Notes under the pieces: generated by a model
What the model saw: the letters and a program-made list of their open reading frames with translations, nothing else
Told to the model about the DNA's origin: nothing
The model's database searches: none
Source of the DNA: Chiloscyllium plagiosum
Taxonomy: Eukaryota
Reading direction: 5' to 3'
NCBI RefSeq assembly: GCF_004010195.1
Contig: NC_057718.1
Coordinates: 34,800,723-34,864,722 of the forward strand
DNA length: 64,000 nt
Translations under genes and position numbers: made by a program
Shown: piece by piece, positions 39,171 to 52,516 of the stretch
How the letters are laid out: every line of letters begins with the position of its first letter
Numbering within the stretch: position 1 is the first letter of the stretch

Positions 39171-40674
39171 TTAAGGCATGATCCTTTTTTGAGTTTTTCA
39201 GTTGACTTCAATGGAAATAAACAGCAGGTGAGATGTAAAACTATTTGCTATCATCCATTTAACAATATTGCACAAAATCCCTGGAAGTCAAATCCCAGTG
39301 CAATCTGAAAATGAAGTCGGGATTAAAGATGGGGTGAATAATAGACCATAGCACATATTGTAATGGAAGTTGCATTCTAATATCATACATTCTACCTCTA
39401 TTTTTGTAATCCTGTTATGAATTCCAAAGTTGTCTTCTTTCAGTGAAACATTAAACCAAAACTGTCTCAGGTGGATGCAAAAGATCCCATGACATAGCTT
39501 TTCAGAAGGTCAAGGGAGTTATCTTTTGACGTTTATCTATCTCTTAATGTTTATCCCTCAAATAACATTACGAAAACTGATTATCTGGTCATTATCACAT
39601 TGCTGTTAGTGGGACTTACTGCCCACATATTGACGGCTGCATGTGTGCATGCATGTGTATCTGTGCATGTACATTTGCAAACAGGGCTGAATTTTCAGAG
39701 ACCATGCAATGTAATCTGTAAAGACTTGTTTGTACTTGGGCCACATACCGATTGGATTCAACAATTAATCAACATTCTTGGCAACATCAGGCCTGTAAAT
39801 TCCTCAGGATCGACTGTCATTCAGCAAAAATAAATCGGCAGTTCACTACCATGGTTTGATGAACAGGAAATCCTGACATAACATGTGCTCATCTTTTCTC
39901 ACAGGAAATATGGTCCAGGCTTGAATGAATTCAATGTCAAGGACTGATGCATCAGAACTAGTCAGTATTTTTTGCTTTGAAACTGATTTAAATATGAAAC
40001 AGTCTGCTCTTTCCTATTAATTTCTCAAAAATTCCCTTTTCATCATTACTAATTTAATTGTGAACACTATGAGATGCACTTTTTCTATCTTGGATGTTCT
40101 CAAATACTGTAAATTGTTATTATGGTACTTATGGGTACTTGACTGATTCCTATTTGATTTACAATGGTAGAGGAACAACACTAGTGAATCTTAATAAAAA
40201 GGTCTTGCCATATCAAGATGTAGTTTACTGAATTCTTGTAAATAGGTATAATTAGCTAGTTAGACATTGTTACTAAACTACTAGAGAACATAATGACCGA
40301 TTTAACCTCTGCAAGTCCAAATTCCCCACCCAAGATTGGCCAGACCTTAATGCCATCACCACCATTAAATAATGGTTTTAAAATGATTTCCTTATACAAA
40401 AGTTATATGACAATCATAGTACTTGTTATATAATAGCACATATCGTGAGCTCTAATCACAACTTTTTATGTTTTTCAAAGCTTGGTTTTTCAGTTCTTAT
40501 GCCTTTGCCTGAACTTGCAACTTTTAGTGATTGATGTATTTGTACTCTGAGATCCCTCTATTCCCCTATTCCACAGAGTAGTTATTGCACCTTCTAGGTA
40601 ATAACTAATCTCCCTATTCGTCCTACCAAAATATACTACCTTACATTTAGTTGTCTTGAACTTCATTTGCCATT

Positions 40675-40942
40675 TAGATTAGATTCCTACAGCATGGAAG
40701 CAGGCCCTTCGGCCCAACAAGTCCACACCCACCCAGACCCATTCCCCCAACCCTATATTTACCCCTGCCTAATACACTTAACACGATGGGCAATTTAGCG
40801 TGGCCAATTCACAAGACCTGTACATCTTTGGACGATGGGAGGAAACCCATGCAGACATGGGGAGAATGTGCAAACTCCACACAGAGAGTCGCCTGAGGCT
40901 GGAATCGAACTTGGGTCCGTAGTGCTATGAGGCAGCAGCGCT
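40675..40942 (-). mobile_element. HE1 V-SINE, internally deleted and 5'-clipped
   Basis: TTAGATTAGATT tail and V-domain. Confidence 0.9.
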
Positions 40943-42684
40943 TTTGTTTGATCACTCTGCAAGAACAGAGTGAAAATGGAAAGACATGAGATAATGTATG
41001 CCACAAAGTTTTATCATGTGAGAGTTCATATAGAATGAGAATTTGAAGCCATCAAAGACAGCAGTGGTAAAATCCAACTTGGATTGAAATGTTGTTACAA
41101 GTCTTAACAATGATGGGGATGTCTGAGAGACAGAGTAAATTGAACTTTTAAAGGAGGAGATCAGCGTAAGATACATTTGAAACAGGGAGAGCTATGAACA
41201 AGAAAGGAAATAGGAAGAAGGATAATGAAAAGAATTTGAATGAAACAGAAAAGAGTAATAAAGTACAAAAATATAGGGAGAGATGAAAGAGAAGGCAAAA
41301 AGTAGAATGAAGAAAAAGATTGAACTCGAAGTGAAAAGAAGAACTGATTATTTTTGGCCTTTTGCTGGGAGGATTATATTTAGCAGGAAGGGTGTGAAGG
41401 ACAAAGAATATTTTGGTATTTTAATGATTTTCTTTTAATTTAATTAAACTGAGAGGATGGAACTAGTAGGAATGGCTTGAGGAGGTTAGAGCTAAACACT
41501 GGTCAGTAGCCAGTTTTACAACACCATGGATTTTCTTGTCAACTGGTCCGGATGTTGTTCACTTCCTTTTCACTTCTCTGCCTGAGTGCGAACCTGATCT
41601 GAGGACCTTCACCCCAGATATGACAAGACAACAGGTCTCCAAGCCTGCCGGATGGAAAGGATACTGCTGTTGGCACCATCCTGATCCACACCGGCCATCC
41701 AGCCAACTTACCCAATCAGCTGCCTTGAGGAGGCTGCGTTGCTGTGACAACATACCCTTTTTGCATACATGTTTTAACATGGATCAATAAATAGTTATGG
41801 GGGAGCTTCAGCTTTCCTTTCTCCCACCTGGCTGATGAAGAATGTCTTCAGCTCTTACAACCTGCCATTGGTGTATGTTGGAAGTATTTACAGGTGATAT
41901 CAACCTGTTTGTCTACATTAATTACACATCTTCCTTGACAATCATGGGATTACAACATGGAGCTTTGGGCTCAAAGTTAGGAGCACTATCAACTGTGCCA
42001 TAGGACCTCTAACATCAGTTCACTATCAATGTTTTTACATGACCAGAGGTGACAGAGTACAAATACATCAATCACTAAAAGTTGCAAGTTCAGGCAAAGC
42101 CATAAGAACTTCTGATCCTACTGGGCACCCATTTGAAGAATGAAGGAACAGTGTGGGGGAATAGTTACCCTCAGTATTCCTGCAGTAAAATGAATAAGGG
42201 ACAAAACAAGCAACTGAGGATGCTGGAAAGCTGAAACAAAAACAGAAATTGCTGGAGTAACTCATCAGGTCAGGCAGCACCTGTGCAGAGAAAGCAGAGT
42301 TAACGTTTCAGATCCAGTGACCCTTCTTCAGAATTGATTGTCGCTCAGAAAAACTGGTATAAATGATAAAAAGAGGGATGGGGGGATAAAGCAGTAAGTG
42401 ATAAGTGGAGCCAGAACCCAGAGGGAGAGAGAGACTGTTAGGCAGACACAGAAATGGATATGGTAAGCCAAGGAACAAGCCACTCTTGGAATATTGTGTA
42501 TATTTCCAGTCACCACACTAATAGAAGACTGTGGATGCTTTGGAGAGGGCACAGAAAAGGTTTACCAGGATGTTGCCTGGTATGGGGGATTTTAGCTGTG
42601 AAGAAAAGTCAGATGGATTGGGTTTGTTTTCAAGGAGGTTGAGAAGTGACCTAACAGAAGTTTATGGAATTGTGAATGGCATGG

Positions 42685-43003
42685 ATAGATTAGATTAGAT
42701 TACATTACAGTGTGGAAACAGGCCCTTCGGCCCAACAAGTCCACACCGACCCGCCGAAGCGCAACCCACTCATACCCCAACATTTGCCCCTTACCTAACA
42801 CTACGGGCAATTTAGCATGGCCAATTCACCTGACCTGCACATCTTTGGATTGTGGGAGGAAACCGGAGCACCCGGAGGAAACCCACGCAGACACGGGGAG
42901 AACATGCAAACTCCACACAGTCAGTCGCCTGAGGCGGGAATTGAACCCGGGTCTCTAACGCTGCGAGGCAGCAGTGCTAACCACTGTGCCACCGTGCTGC
43001 CCA
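42685..43003 (-). mobile_element. HE1 V-SINE, young full-length copy
   Basis: Near reverse complement of 7464-7795 with a (TAGAT)n tail. Confidence 0.95.
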
Positions 43004-43109
43004 CCAAGGTGATCATCCCTTTCTTATTTCTCCATGCAGTCGGTACAGATGAGGTGGGAGAAATGCATTGTTTTTCTCTTATCTGAATGCTCCATGGGTC
43101 ACAACATAA

Positions 43110-45605
43110 ATTCCATTTAGTGATGTGTAATGAGGTAGACTTTATTAGGGAGCTCAAGCTGTAAGAACCCTGAAGGGACAGTAACTAAGATATGATAGAG
43201 TTCAGCGAGGTAAAAACAATGACTGCAGATGCTGGAAAACAGATTCTGGATTAGTGGTGCTGGAAGAGCACAGCAGTTCAGGCAGCATCCAAGGAGCTTC
43301 TATGATAGAGTTCACCCTGCAATTGGAGAGGGAGAAGGTGGAATCAGATGACATGGTTTTACAATTGAGTAAAGGTAACTACTAAGATGTGAGGCAGGAA
43401 CTGGTCAGAGTTGTTTGAAAGTGGAGCCTAACATGGAAGACCGTGAGGTAGGAATGGCAGGAATTTCTGGGAGTAATTTGTGAGGCACAGCAGTAGTAAC
43501 ATCCTAAGGGGAGGATGGCTGACAAGGGAAGTCAAGGACAGTATGAAAGTTAAAGAAAAAAAGCATACAATGCTGTGAAGATTAGTGGGAAACCAAAGGA
43601 TTGAAAAGCTTTTAAAAACCAGCAGAGGATAACCAAAAACAAATTGGGGAGAGTAGATGAAATATGAGAGTTAGCTAGGTCGTAAGATAAAAGAAGACTG
43701 CCAAGAGTTATCTTATAGATATGTAACAGGAAAGAGAGAGCCAAAACTGGACATTGGACAACTGAAAAATGTAGCTGGAGAAGTAGTAATGGGGAACAAA
43801 GAAATGGCAGAGAGACTGAATAGGTACTTTACACCAGTCTTCACAGTAGAAGACACCAACAGCATACCAGAACTTTAAGACGGTCAGGGGCAGAGGTGAG
43901 TACAGTGGTCATCGCTAAGAAGAAAGTGCTGGGGAATCGGAAAAGTTTGAAGGTAGATAAATCACCTTGACCGGATGGACTACACCACAGGATTCTGAAG
44001 GAGCTTGTGGAATCATTGATGATGATCTTTCAGGAATCAGTGGAGCCAGGGAGGATCCCAAAGGACTGGAAAAGTGCTACTGTAACATCTGTGTTTAAGA
44101 AGGGAAGGAGATGGAAGGCAGGAAATTATACACCGGTTCGTATGACCCCAGTCGTTCGTAGGATTTCAGAGGTCAGGCTAAGGATAAGGTTGCATAGTAC
44201 ATGGAAGTGCATTGGCTCAGTCAGTATGGCTTCATCAAGGGATGATTCCTGAAGAAGGGCTAATGCCCGAAACGTCGATTCTCCTGTTCCCTAGATACTG
44301 ACTGACCTGCTGCGCTTTTCCAGCAACACATTTCCATCTCTGATCTCCAGCATCTGCAGACCTCACTTTCTCCTTCATCAAGGGATGGTCATGCCTGACA
44401 AATTGTTAGAATTATTGAGGAAGTAACCAGCAAGTTATTCAAAGGAGAGCTAGTGGATGTGATATTTTTGAATTTCAAGAAGACCTTTAAGAATGTGCCT
44501 AACAGGAAGCTGCTAAATAAGAGAGACCACATGGTGGTAGGGTCAAGGTGCTGGCATGGATAAAGATTTGGCTGACTGGCAGAAGGCAGGGTGTGGGGAT
44601 AGAGGAGTCTTTTTCAAGATGGAAGCTTTTGACTGGTGGGGATCCACAGGGGTCTGGGATGGGACCACAATTATTCATTCTATATGTCCAATGATCTGGA
44701 CAAAGAAATTGTTGGTAAGTTTACAGATGACACAAAAATAGGTGGAGGGACAGATAGTATTGAGGAAGTCAGGAGGCTGCAGAAGTATTTAGAAAGATGA
44801 AGAGAGTGGATAAAGAAGTGGCAGATGGAATACAATTTGGGAAAAGGTTATGCACTTTGGTGGGAAGAATAGAGGTGAAGACTATTTTCTAAATGGAGAA
44901 AGGCTTCAGAAATCTGAAGCACAAACGGTCTCTCTGAAGGTTCACATGCAAGTTGAGTTAGCAGTTAGAAAAGCAAATGCAATGTTAACATTCATCTCAA
45001 GAGGGCTAGAATATAGGAGCAGGATGTGCTTCTGAGGCTTTGGTCAGACTGCATTTGGAATATTGTGAGCAGTTATGGATCCCACATTTAAGGAAAGTTA
45101 TGCTGGCGTGGAAGGGAGACCGGAGGAGGTTTACAAGAATGGTCCCGGGCAGGAAGGGCCGTCATATGAGGAGCAACTGAGGATTCTGAGTCTGCACTCG
45201 ACAGAGTTTAGAACGATGAAAGGTACCTGATCGAAACGTACTGAGTACCAAAAGGCCTCACTGGAGTGGGTGTGGACAAGATGGTTCCATTAGAAGGAGA
45301 GGCTAGGACCCGAGGGCACAGCCTCAGAGTGAAGGGATGACTCTTTAGAGCTGAGATGAGGAGGAATTTCTTCAGTTGGAGGGTGATGAATCTGTGGAAC
45401 TCATTGCTGCAAAGGGCTGTGGAGACCAAGTCATTGAATGTATTTAAGACAGAGGTAGATAGGTTCTTGATTAGTAAAGAGTTCAAAGGTTACAATGAGA
45501 AGGCAGGAGAGTAGGGTTGAGTAACTTATCTGTCATAATCGAATGGTAGAGCAGACTCGATGTGTCAAATGGCCAAAGTCTATTCTTACATCATGTGGTC
45601 TTATA
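43110..45605 (+). mobile_element. CR1 ORF2 from endonuclease C-terminus to 3' tail, decayed, with two Penelope insertions
   Basis: IFQESVEPGRIPKDWKSATV, GNYTPV and AVRKANAMLTFISRGLEYRS. Insertions at 43205-43300 (TSD TATGATAGAGTTCA) and 44245-44372 (TSD CTTCATCAAGGGATG). Confidence 0.9.
44249..44277 (+). ncRNA. Minimal hammerhead ribozyme core in a Penelope fragment
   Basis: CUGAAGA-A-GGGC-UAAU-GCCC-GAAA-CGUC. Confidence 0.65.
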
Positions 45606-47222
45606 TGTAATGGTCTGAAGAACAGAAAGGCAACTCATTATCTTAATGGGGAGAAACACCAGGGTGCTTTAGTGCAGTGGGTTCTCAGCATCTTCATGCA
45701 TGAATAACAGAAAGGTAGCAGCTAATAAGGAAGGTAAATGGAATTTTGGGGTTTATTGGTAAAGGAATACAGTATAAAAGTAGGGAAGTGTTGCTATAAC
45801 TGTACAAGGCATTAGTAAAACCACAAGTGGAGTATTACATTCAATTTTGTTCCCCTTACTTGAGGAGAGATATAGTCACATTGAAGGCAGTCCAGTGGAG
45901 GTTCACTAGATTGATTCCAGTGATGAAAGATTTGTCTTATGAAGAGAGATTGCGTAGTTTAGGTCTATTCCCTCTGGGATTTAGAAGAATTAGAGGAGAT
46001 CTAATTGAGGTTTATAAGCTGCTAAAGGGGATTGACAGAGTAGATGTAGAAAGATGTTTCATCATGTGGGGCAATCCAAAATGAATGAAAGGTCATATTG
46101 GTAGCAGATTAAAAACAGAGATGAGGAGAAATGATTTCTCTTAAATGGTCATGAAACTGTGGGATTCACTGCCCAAGGAAGTGGTGGATTCTAGGACATA
46201 GAGTAAATTTAAGGAGGAAGTAGAGAGATTTTTCAGTTAGTAAGGGTTGGAAGGGTTTTGGAGAATGAGCAGGAAAGTGGAGTTGAGGCCCAGATGAGGT
46301 CAGCCATGATTATACAGACTGGTGGAGCAGACTGGAGGCTCTGAATTACCAACTTCTGTTCCCAGTTCTTACATTCCAAATGACTACTTTGTGTCTGCTT
46401 TTACTGAGGAAGATACTGGAAATCACCCAGAAATAGAGTTCCGATGGCAAGGAGTTTAAGGAAGTTAGCATTAAAAGGACAATCAGCAAGAAGCTGATAA
46501 ACCCCACTACCTACTGTTTTACATTCAAGAGTGTTGAAGGAGGTGGCTGTAGTAATAGACAATACATTAGTAATTATTTTCCAAAGAATTTGGAATGAAT
46601 CCTGTGGATTGGAAGTTGGCAAATGTTACCCACTATTTAAGAGGGAAGAACGAGAGAAATCAGGGAATGATAGAGCAAATAGCATTGCACCAGTAATCAG
46701 GAAAATGCTGGAATTTATTATTAGGGAAGAAGAAAATAGATATATATTTCATAAGTTTCCTATGGGAAATCATGTTTGATGTCAGTAACAAAGTTGGCAA
46801 ATGAGAGTCAATGGATATCGAATGCATGCATTTTCAGAAAGCTTTAGCTAAAGTTCCCAGTAGGAGGCTGTTTAAATTAAAGCACATGGGTAGGCGGTCA
46901 GGCCCTGACATGGATTAATAAATAGCTAATGTTGAGACCATCATTATTATTCTTTCATTTTTCACATTTTTGGTTTGGAACTGTGAGTTGCAGTTGAGAA
47001 GTGCAATTTCAACTTTGAACAGCAACTTGTTTTTTTTTAAAGAAAGAGAACAAAATGTGGGTACAATTACAACATTTAAAAAACATTTGGATAAGCACAT
47101 GAATAGGAAAGGGTTGGAGGGTTATCGGCCAGGAGCAGGCAGGTGAGACTAGTTTAGTTTGGGATTATGTTCAGCATAGACTGGTTGAACCAAAAAGTCT
47201 GTGACTCTGTGATTCTGTGACT
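45606..47222 (+). mobile_element. Cluster of CR1 fragments (45606-46378, 46380-46920, 47055-47222)
   Basis: EYYIQFCSPYLRRDI...IRGDLIEVYK and VLKEVAVVI...IFQ, plus 3' tails. Confidence 0.85.
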
Positions 47223-47683
47223 CTTAAACAAAACTGATAATGAGGAACATAAACTGGTGAAAATGGGATAGCTGTGCTGAAAACAACCTATGTGATGACA
47301 GAGCCTGGGATGTGAGGATGGATAAAGGGCATGGAAGAAGTTGCTCAGGCTCCAAAAGTATTGAAGTCACTATTGAGCCCTGAAGGCTGCAGGGTCCCCA
47401 AGTTAGAAGTGAGATACTGTTCTTCCAGATTGTGTTGAGCTTCACTGGAGCACTACAAAAAGCCCAAGACAGAGATGTTGACCAGGAACACCATGTTATG
47501 TTGAACTGGTAGGCAACTGGAAGCTCAGAGTTATTTTTGTAGACAGATCGAAGGTGTTCCGCAAAAACATTGCCCAGTCGGGATTCAATTCAGTTAAGAT
47601 TCCTGGTCTGGACTACTATGATGTGACACACGCTGCAAAAGGTGTGTGCTAATGGTGTTTAGGGATTATGTTCAGATATAATA

Positions 47684-47902
47684 CAGGTCATTCTGCCATA
47701 ACACGCATTTCGTTAATGGGATTTTGCTATAACGTGAATGACGAACTGGGGACACAGTTTTGAAAATGCAAACTTTTAAAACATGTATTGGTTATAATGC
47801 GATTCCAGCCCCATTAGTTTAAATGATACTACCATTACACGATTTTCTTATAACACAGGATTGCATGAGAGTGGAACTATCACATTATAGCAGAACTGTC
47901 TG
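47684..47902. mobile_element. Tc1/mariner (pogo/Tigger-like) MITE
   Basis: Flanked by TA at 47682-47683 and 47903-47904. Imperfect terminal inverted repeats CAGGTCATTCTGCCATAA and TTATAGCAGAACTGTCTG. Confidence 0.75.
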
Positions 47903-48196
47903 TATCTATGAACTTTCCCCTCTCTCCTCTATTAGCATTTAATCAATGCACACAGGCTAGGCATGCTAAGCTGGCACCAATAAGAGTGATCATGCAGCTG
48001 TCAGTTTGTTGTAAGCAATCTAACCAGTTTGCTAATTTATGTTAGAGGAGAACTCCTATTTTTCACTGATTTTTAAAACATGATTCCACTCTCGTACTAA
48101 TATGGTTGATGTAGTGGGATTTTGACTGTCCCTCTTAAGTAACCCAACAATCACAAGGTTGTATCAAATCTATATATAGAATCTTCAGAAAGGGTA

Positions 48197-48545
48197 GTAG
48201 GGTGGCTCAGTGGTTAGCACTGCTGCCTCACAGCACCAGGGACCTGGGGTTCAATGCCAGCCTTGGGCAACTGCCTGAGTAGAGTTTGCACATTCTGCCT
48301 GTGTTTGCTTGGATTACCTCCGGTTTCCTCCCATAGTCCAAAGGTGTGCAGGTTGGGTGGATTGGCCATGCTAAATTGCCTATAGCATTCAGGAGTGTAC
48401 AGGTTGGTTGGGTTAGCTATGATAAATGCAGGGTTACAGGAATAGGTTAAGTGGGGCAGGGCTGGATGGTATGCTCTTTGGAGGGCAATGTGGACTTGAT
48501 GGGCAGAATGGCCTGCTTCCACGCTGTAGGGATTTTGTGATTCTA
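48197..48545 (+). mobile_element. HE1 V-SINE
   Basis: GGTGGCTCAGTGGTTAGCACTGCTGCCTCACAGC head and V-domain. Confidence 0.9.
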
Positions 48546-50074
48546 TATCTTCAAAGAAGAAAAATAGACATTCACCACTTGGACTGCAGCAATTCAAGAA
48601 GCTAGCCTGAGCCCAACACTTACCTTTCCAAGGGAAATAAGGAGTGTACAGTAAACGTGATTGTGCCATTAAATTTCCACATCCCCAGTACAAATACCAC
48701 TGGTTTGTAATCCACTGTGATGTTAACAGCACTGGTTCAATTCCTGTACTGGCTTAGATCACAACTCACTTTCTTGACCTCATTCCTCGCCTGAGATGTG
48801 GTGACCCTCAAATCAAAACCCCCATTAATAGGCTGTGTCACATGAGAGAGCAGCTCCATAGTACTCTCGGACTATAGTGACTTTATATAAAAAAAAGAGA
48901 TTGACTTGAGTAAAAATTTAGCCAATGGTGCACATAAAATATGAGAGAAAAACACAATGAAATAATGTTTGAAAAAATATTATAAACATTGCAATGTATT
49001 CAATGAGTCCCCTTGATGGTCCCAGTTTACATTCTGTCATTATCTACTTGAAAGACCACATGATTATTTTAAAATAACCAGCTACTGAAAAACGAACCCC
49101 ATGCATGACAGAAGATGCTCAGCTCTCAATGTCTGCATCGTAGTACAGGTGGCGTCTCAGCTTGAAGAGAAACTACAGAAAAACAGTATGAAGGCAGACT
49201 CTTAAAGTATTTTTACTCTAATCCTTCTCTATCATGAATGGCAAATACTATACTCAAAAGATGATTTTGCTAATCTCACACACAATTCCTTGTGCTAAGC
49301 TTAAGCAGAACATTTTGGAGTCCTAACTCTGATTTTCACCTGTGGGTGCAAGAAAGAATGGAATGAGAACAGCCCCTTCAGTTCACCAAAACGATCCCTT
49401 CAGAGAGTTTATATCTATCTGTGCTATCATAGGATAATGTACAAATAGGCAGAGAGTAAGAAAAGTGAATACCCACCTGTGAATCTTTTAGGTGACACTG
49501 GAAAGCAATTGAGGAAATATCTCCAGACTATTAATATAACAAATACAGGTTACATTTGTCAAGTTTTAATTTGATGCATCATAACACAGTGAACAAAGGG
49601 GAGATTTAATTTCATTTTAAGCAACTTTAAACAGGGAAGCTAAATTCAATTTAACAAGGGCTTTGATCAACTGTATCATGTAAGATTCCCTAATTGAGAC
49701 TGTAAAAGAAACCATAGATGTTCACATCCTGTTTACTATCTCTAAGATGCTTAGGACACAGTACACTTGATCATTATCATTTTGACACTTTCCTTGATAC
49801 CTTACACTATTTAAAATAAAATTATTTTAGTAACAGGAGTAATGTTGTACCAGAGAAGATGTTTTCCTGTAAAGCAGCAAGCTGAGCATACAATCATCCT
49901 CCAAACCCCTCAACTTGCTCCACTCAATTTCAAACTTGATGGTCCAGCAGAAATTTTTATTCCAATGCAGACAGTTAGCAAACACCAAACAGCATTTTTA
50001 AAAGCAACTCTGGGGATGGCCTTGATTTTACAAGCACTGGCATTCATAATCAAGTTGTTACATGGATATGAACA

Positions 50075-50965
50075 CAGGAGATACGGTTAGTAAGTTTGCA
50101 GCTGACACCAAAGTGGAAGTGTCATGGACAGCAAAGAAGGTTACCTCAGAGTACAATGGGATCTTGATCAGATAGGCCAATGGGCTGAGGAGTGGCAGGT
50201 GGAGTTTAATTTAGATAAATGTGAGGTGCTGTATTTTGGAAAGACAAATCAGGATAGGACTTATACTTAATGGTAAGGTCCTGGGGAGTGTTGCTGAACA
50301 AAGGGATCTTGGAGTGCAAGTTCATTGTTCCTTGAAAGTGGAGTTGCAGGTAAGTAGGAGAGTGAAGAAGGCGTTTGGTATACTTGCCTTTATTGGTCAG
50401 TGCAATAGGACATTGGTTAGGCCACTTTTGGAATATTGCATTCAATTCTGAAGGATGTTGTGAAACTTGAAAGCGTTCAGAAAAGACTTACAAGGATGTT
50501 GGCAAGGTTGGAGGGTTTAAGCTATAGGGAGAGGCTGAGTAGGCTGGGACTGTTTTCCTTGGAGCGTCAAAGGCTGAGGGGTGACCTTATAGAGATTTAT
50601 AAAATCATGAGGTGCATGGATAGGGTAAACAGACAACACCTTTTCCCTGGAGTAGGGGAGTCCAAAACTAGAGGGTATAGGTTTAAGGCAAGAGGGGAAA
50701 GACTTAAAAGAGACCTATGGGGTGACTCTTTCATGCAAAGTGTGGTGCGTGTATGGAATGAGCTGCTAGAGGAAGTGGTGAAGGCTGATACAATTGCAAC
50801 ATTTAAAAGGCACCTGGATGGGTATATGAATAGGAAGGGTTTATAGGAATATGGGCCAAATGCTGGCAAATGCGACTAGATTTATTTTAGATATCTGACA
50901 GGTATGAATTGTTGGACCAAAGAGCCTGTTTCTATGTTGTATATCTCTATGACTCTATGACACTA
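50075..50965 (+). mobile_element. 5'-truncated CR1
   Basis: SKFAADTK, QRDLGVQV and LRGDLIEIYK motifs with a (TATGACTC)n tail. Confidence 0.9.
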
Positions 50966-51016
50966 TGAGCATTGCAACCTAAGCTATAAGTGCACCCAGA
51001 AATCCTTCCTTTGTAT

Positions 51017-52516
51017 GCTACAGTTTTCATTCATCCTTTGAAGTCACGTACTAATGGTTAGATTTAGGCGAGTGCCTGGATTGAAATGACTGGTTGACTT
51101 TAACTTTCATTTGTATTTGCTTTAAAAAAAATACTCAGCTACGTCAAAGCCAAAATAAGGAATTCAAAGTTTTGAAAACAAAAGAACAAACAATCAACTG
51201 TATCTACATGAGAATCCTGAAAGATTCCCTAGTTGTGACTGTAACATTCAGGGGCTTGCACCCCTGGAATATTTTGATGTATTGCATTTCAACCAATGCA
51301 TTCAGGTCAATTCAAAACACTTTACAATAGCAAGGTGTTTAATTTTAAGTAGAACAAGTGATAATCAAATTTCAAACAGAATATATTAGCTCAGACGTTA
51401 CCTCAATTGTTATTTTCTCAAATCCAACCTCTCTGTCACAGTTACAGTGACATTGCATTCTGTCTACATACCATTTCATAGAAGCCCTCTAGACCTCCAG
51501 CCCTTAATTGTTTTGACCCTCTTTTGTCTTCTTCCACCTTCTGTTTAGTGTGAACCTCCACTGACAACTCAATTCTGCCATTATCCACTCCGACCCTTTT
51601 CACGCTGGTAATCTTTATTGATTTCCTGTACATGTTCATGCTATTTTCCTAGCATGCCTTAAGTAGTTTTCTTCCTTTGTCCAATTCTCTCAGTTCTTAC
51701 TGGCATTTCCACACCACCTGTCAATGTTAGGAGGCATGTAAAAAAATGCAATAAAAACAGAAATAGCTGGTGAAACTCATCAGGTCTGGCAGCATCTGTG
51801 GAAAGAAAGCAGAGTCAATGTTTCAGATCCAGTGACACTTCTTCAGATCTCAAGGAGCAGAAGGTCAGAAGTGATAGTAAACATTGGACACAAGGTGGGG
51901 TTAGGAGAGGGGAGGAAGTTAGAGGGAAGGGTAGAGGAGGAACGTTGCAGAGGGGCATCGGTATCTGTGAGGTGTTGCATCTTGCACTCCTTAGTGCTTG
52001 AAAAAAACAGAAAAAGTTTCTTCTTAGAATGTCAAATGAGCCAGACAGTGAAGTTGAACTGGGGGGAGCAGCAGGGCAGGTCTGAGCCAGCATGAGGTGG
52101 TGCTGATGGAGAGAGAAGTCGAGAGTGTGTATATGGTAACACATGGCTCTGAATGGGAATCTCAGGATGTGGCAAGAACAGCTGTCTGAGAACTGTTGTA
52201 CGTCGTGGAGATACCTGTGATCTTGGTTGGATTCGAAACACGAAGGATGAAACTTCAGTTGGAACTGAGTTCTGAAAAAGGGTCACTGGACTTGAAATGT
52301 TAATTCTGCTTTCTCTCTACACATGCTGCCAGACCCACTGACTTTCTCCAGCATTTCATGTTTTTGTAACAAATGCATTCTTGTTACCTCAGTTAATCTT
52401 GCTATTCTATCAACCAAAAGCAAAGCTACAGTTTTCATATGTCCTTTGAAGTCACATACCAATGGTAAGATATTGGAGAGTGCCTGAAGCAGAATGACTG
52501 GTTGACTTTGGCTTTC
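51017..52516. repeat. 92-bp diverged direct repeat (51017-51108 and 52425-52516)
   Basis: GCTACAGTTTTCAT...CCTTTGAAGTCAC.TAC.AATGGT.AGAT...GAGTGCCTG...AATGACTGGTTGACTTT..CTTTC, ungapped. Confidence 0.9.
51750..52370. mobile_element. Old fold-back Penelope-derived element
   Basis: Inverted ends AAAACAGAAATAGCTGG...CAGTGACAC and GGTCACTGGACTTGAAATGTT...TCCAGCATTTC. The same family also occurs at ~9300-9435, 42210-42335, 54285-54390 and 56450-56550. Confidence 0.7.

Noticed and set aside
39905..39960. Isolated exon candidates (also ~20641-20664, ~49120-49172 minus, ~53190-53272)
   Set aside because: Splice-like signals but no recognisable protein and no consistent multi-exon frame.
51402..51717. 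316-nt minus-strand segment with branch point, acceptor and donor, phase-compatible with the duplicated exons
   Set aside because: Stops in all three frames, so not supportable as a coding exon.
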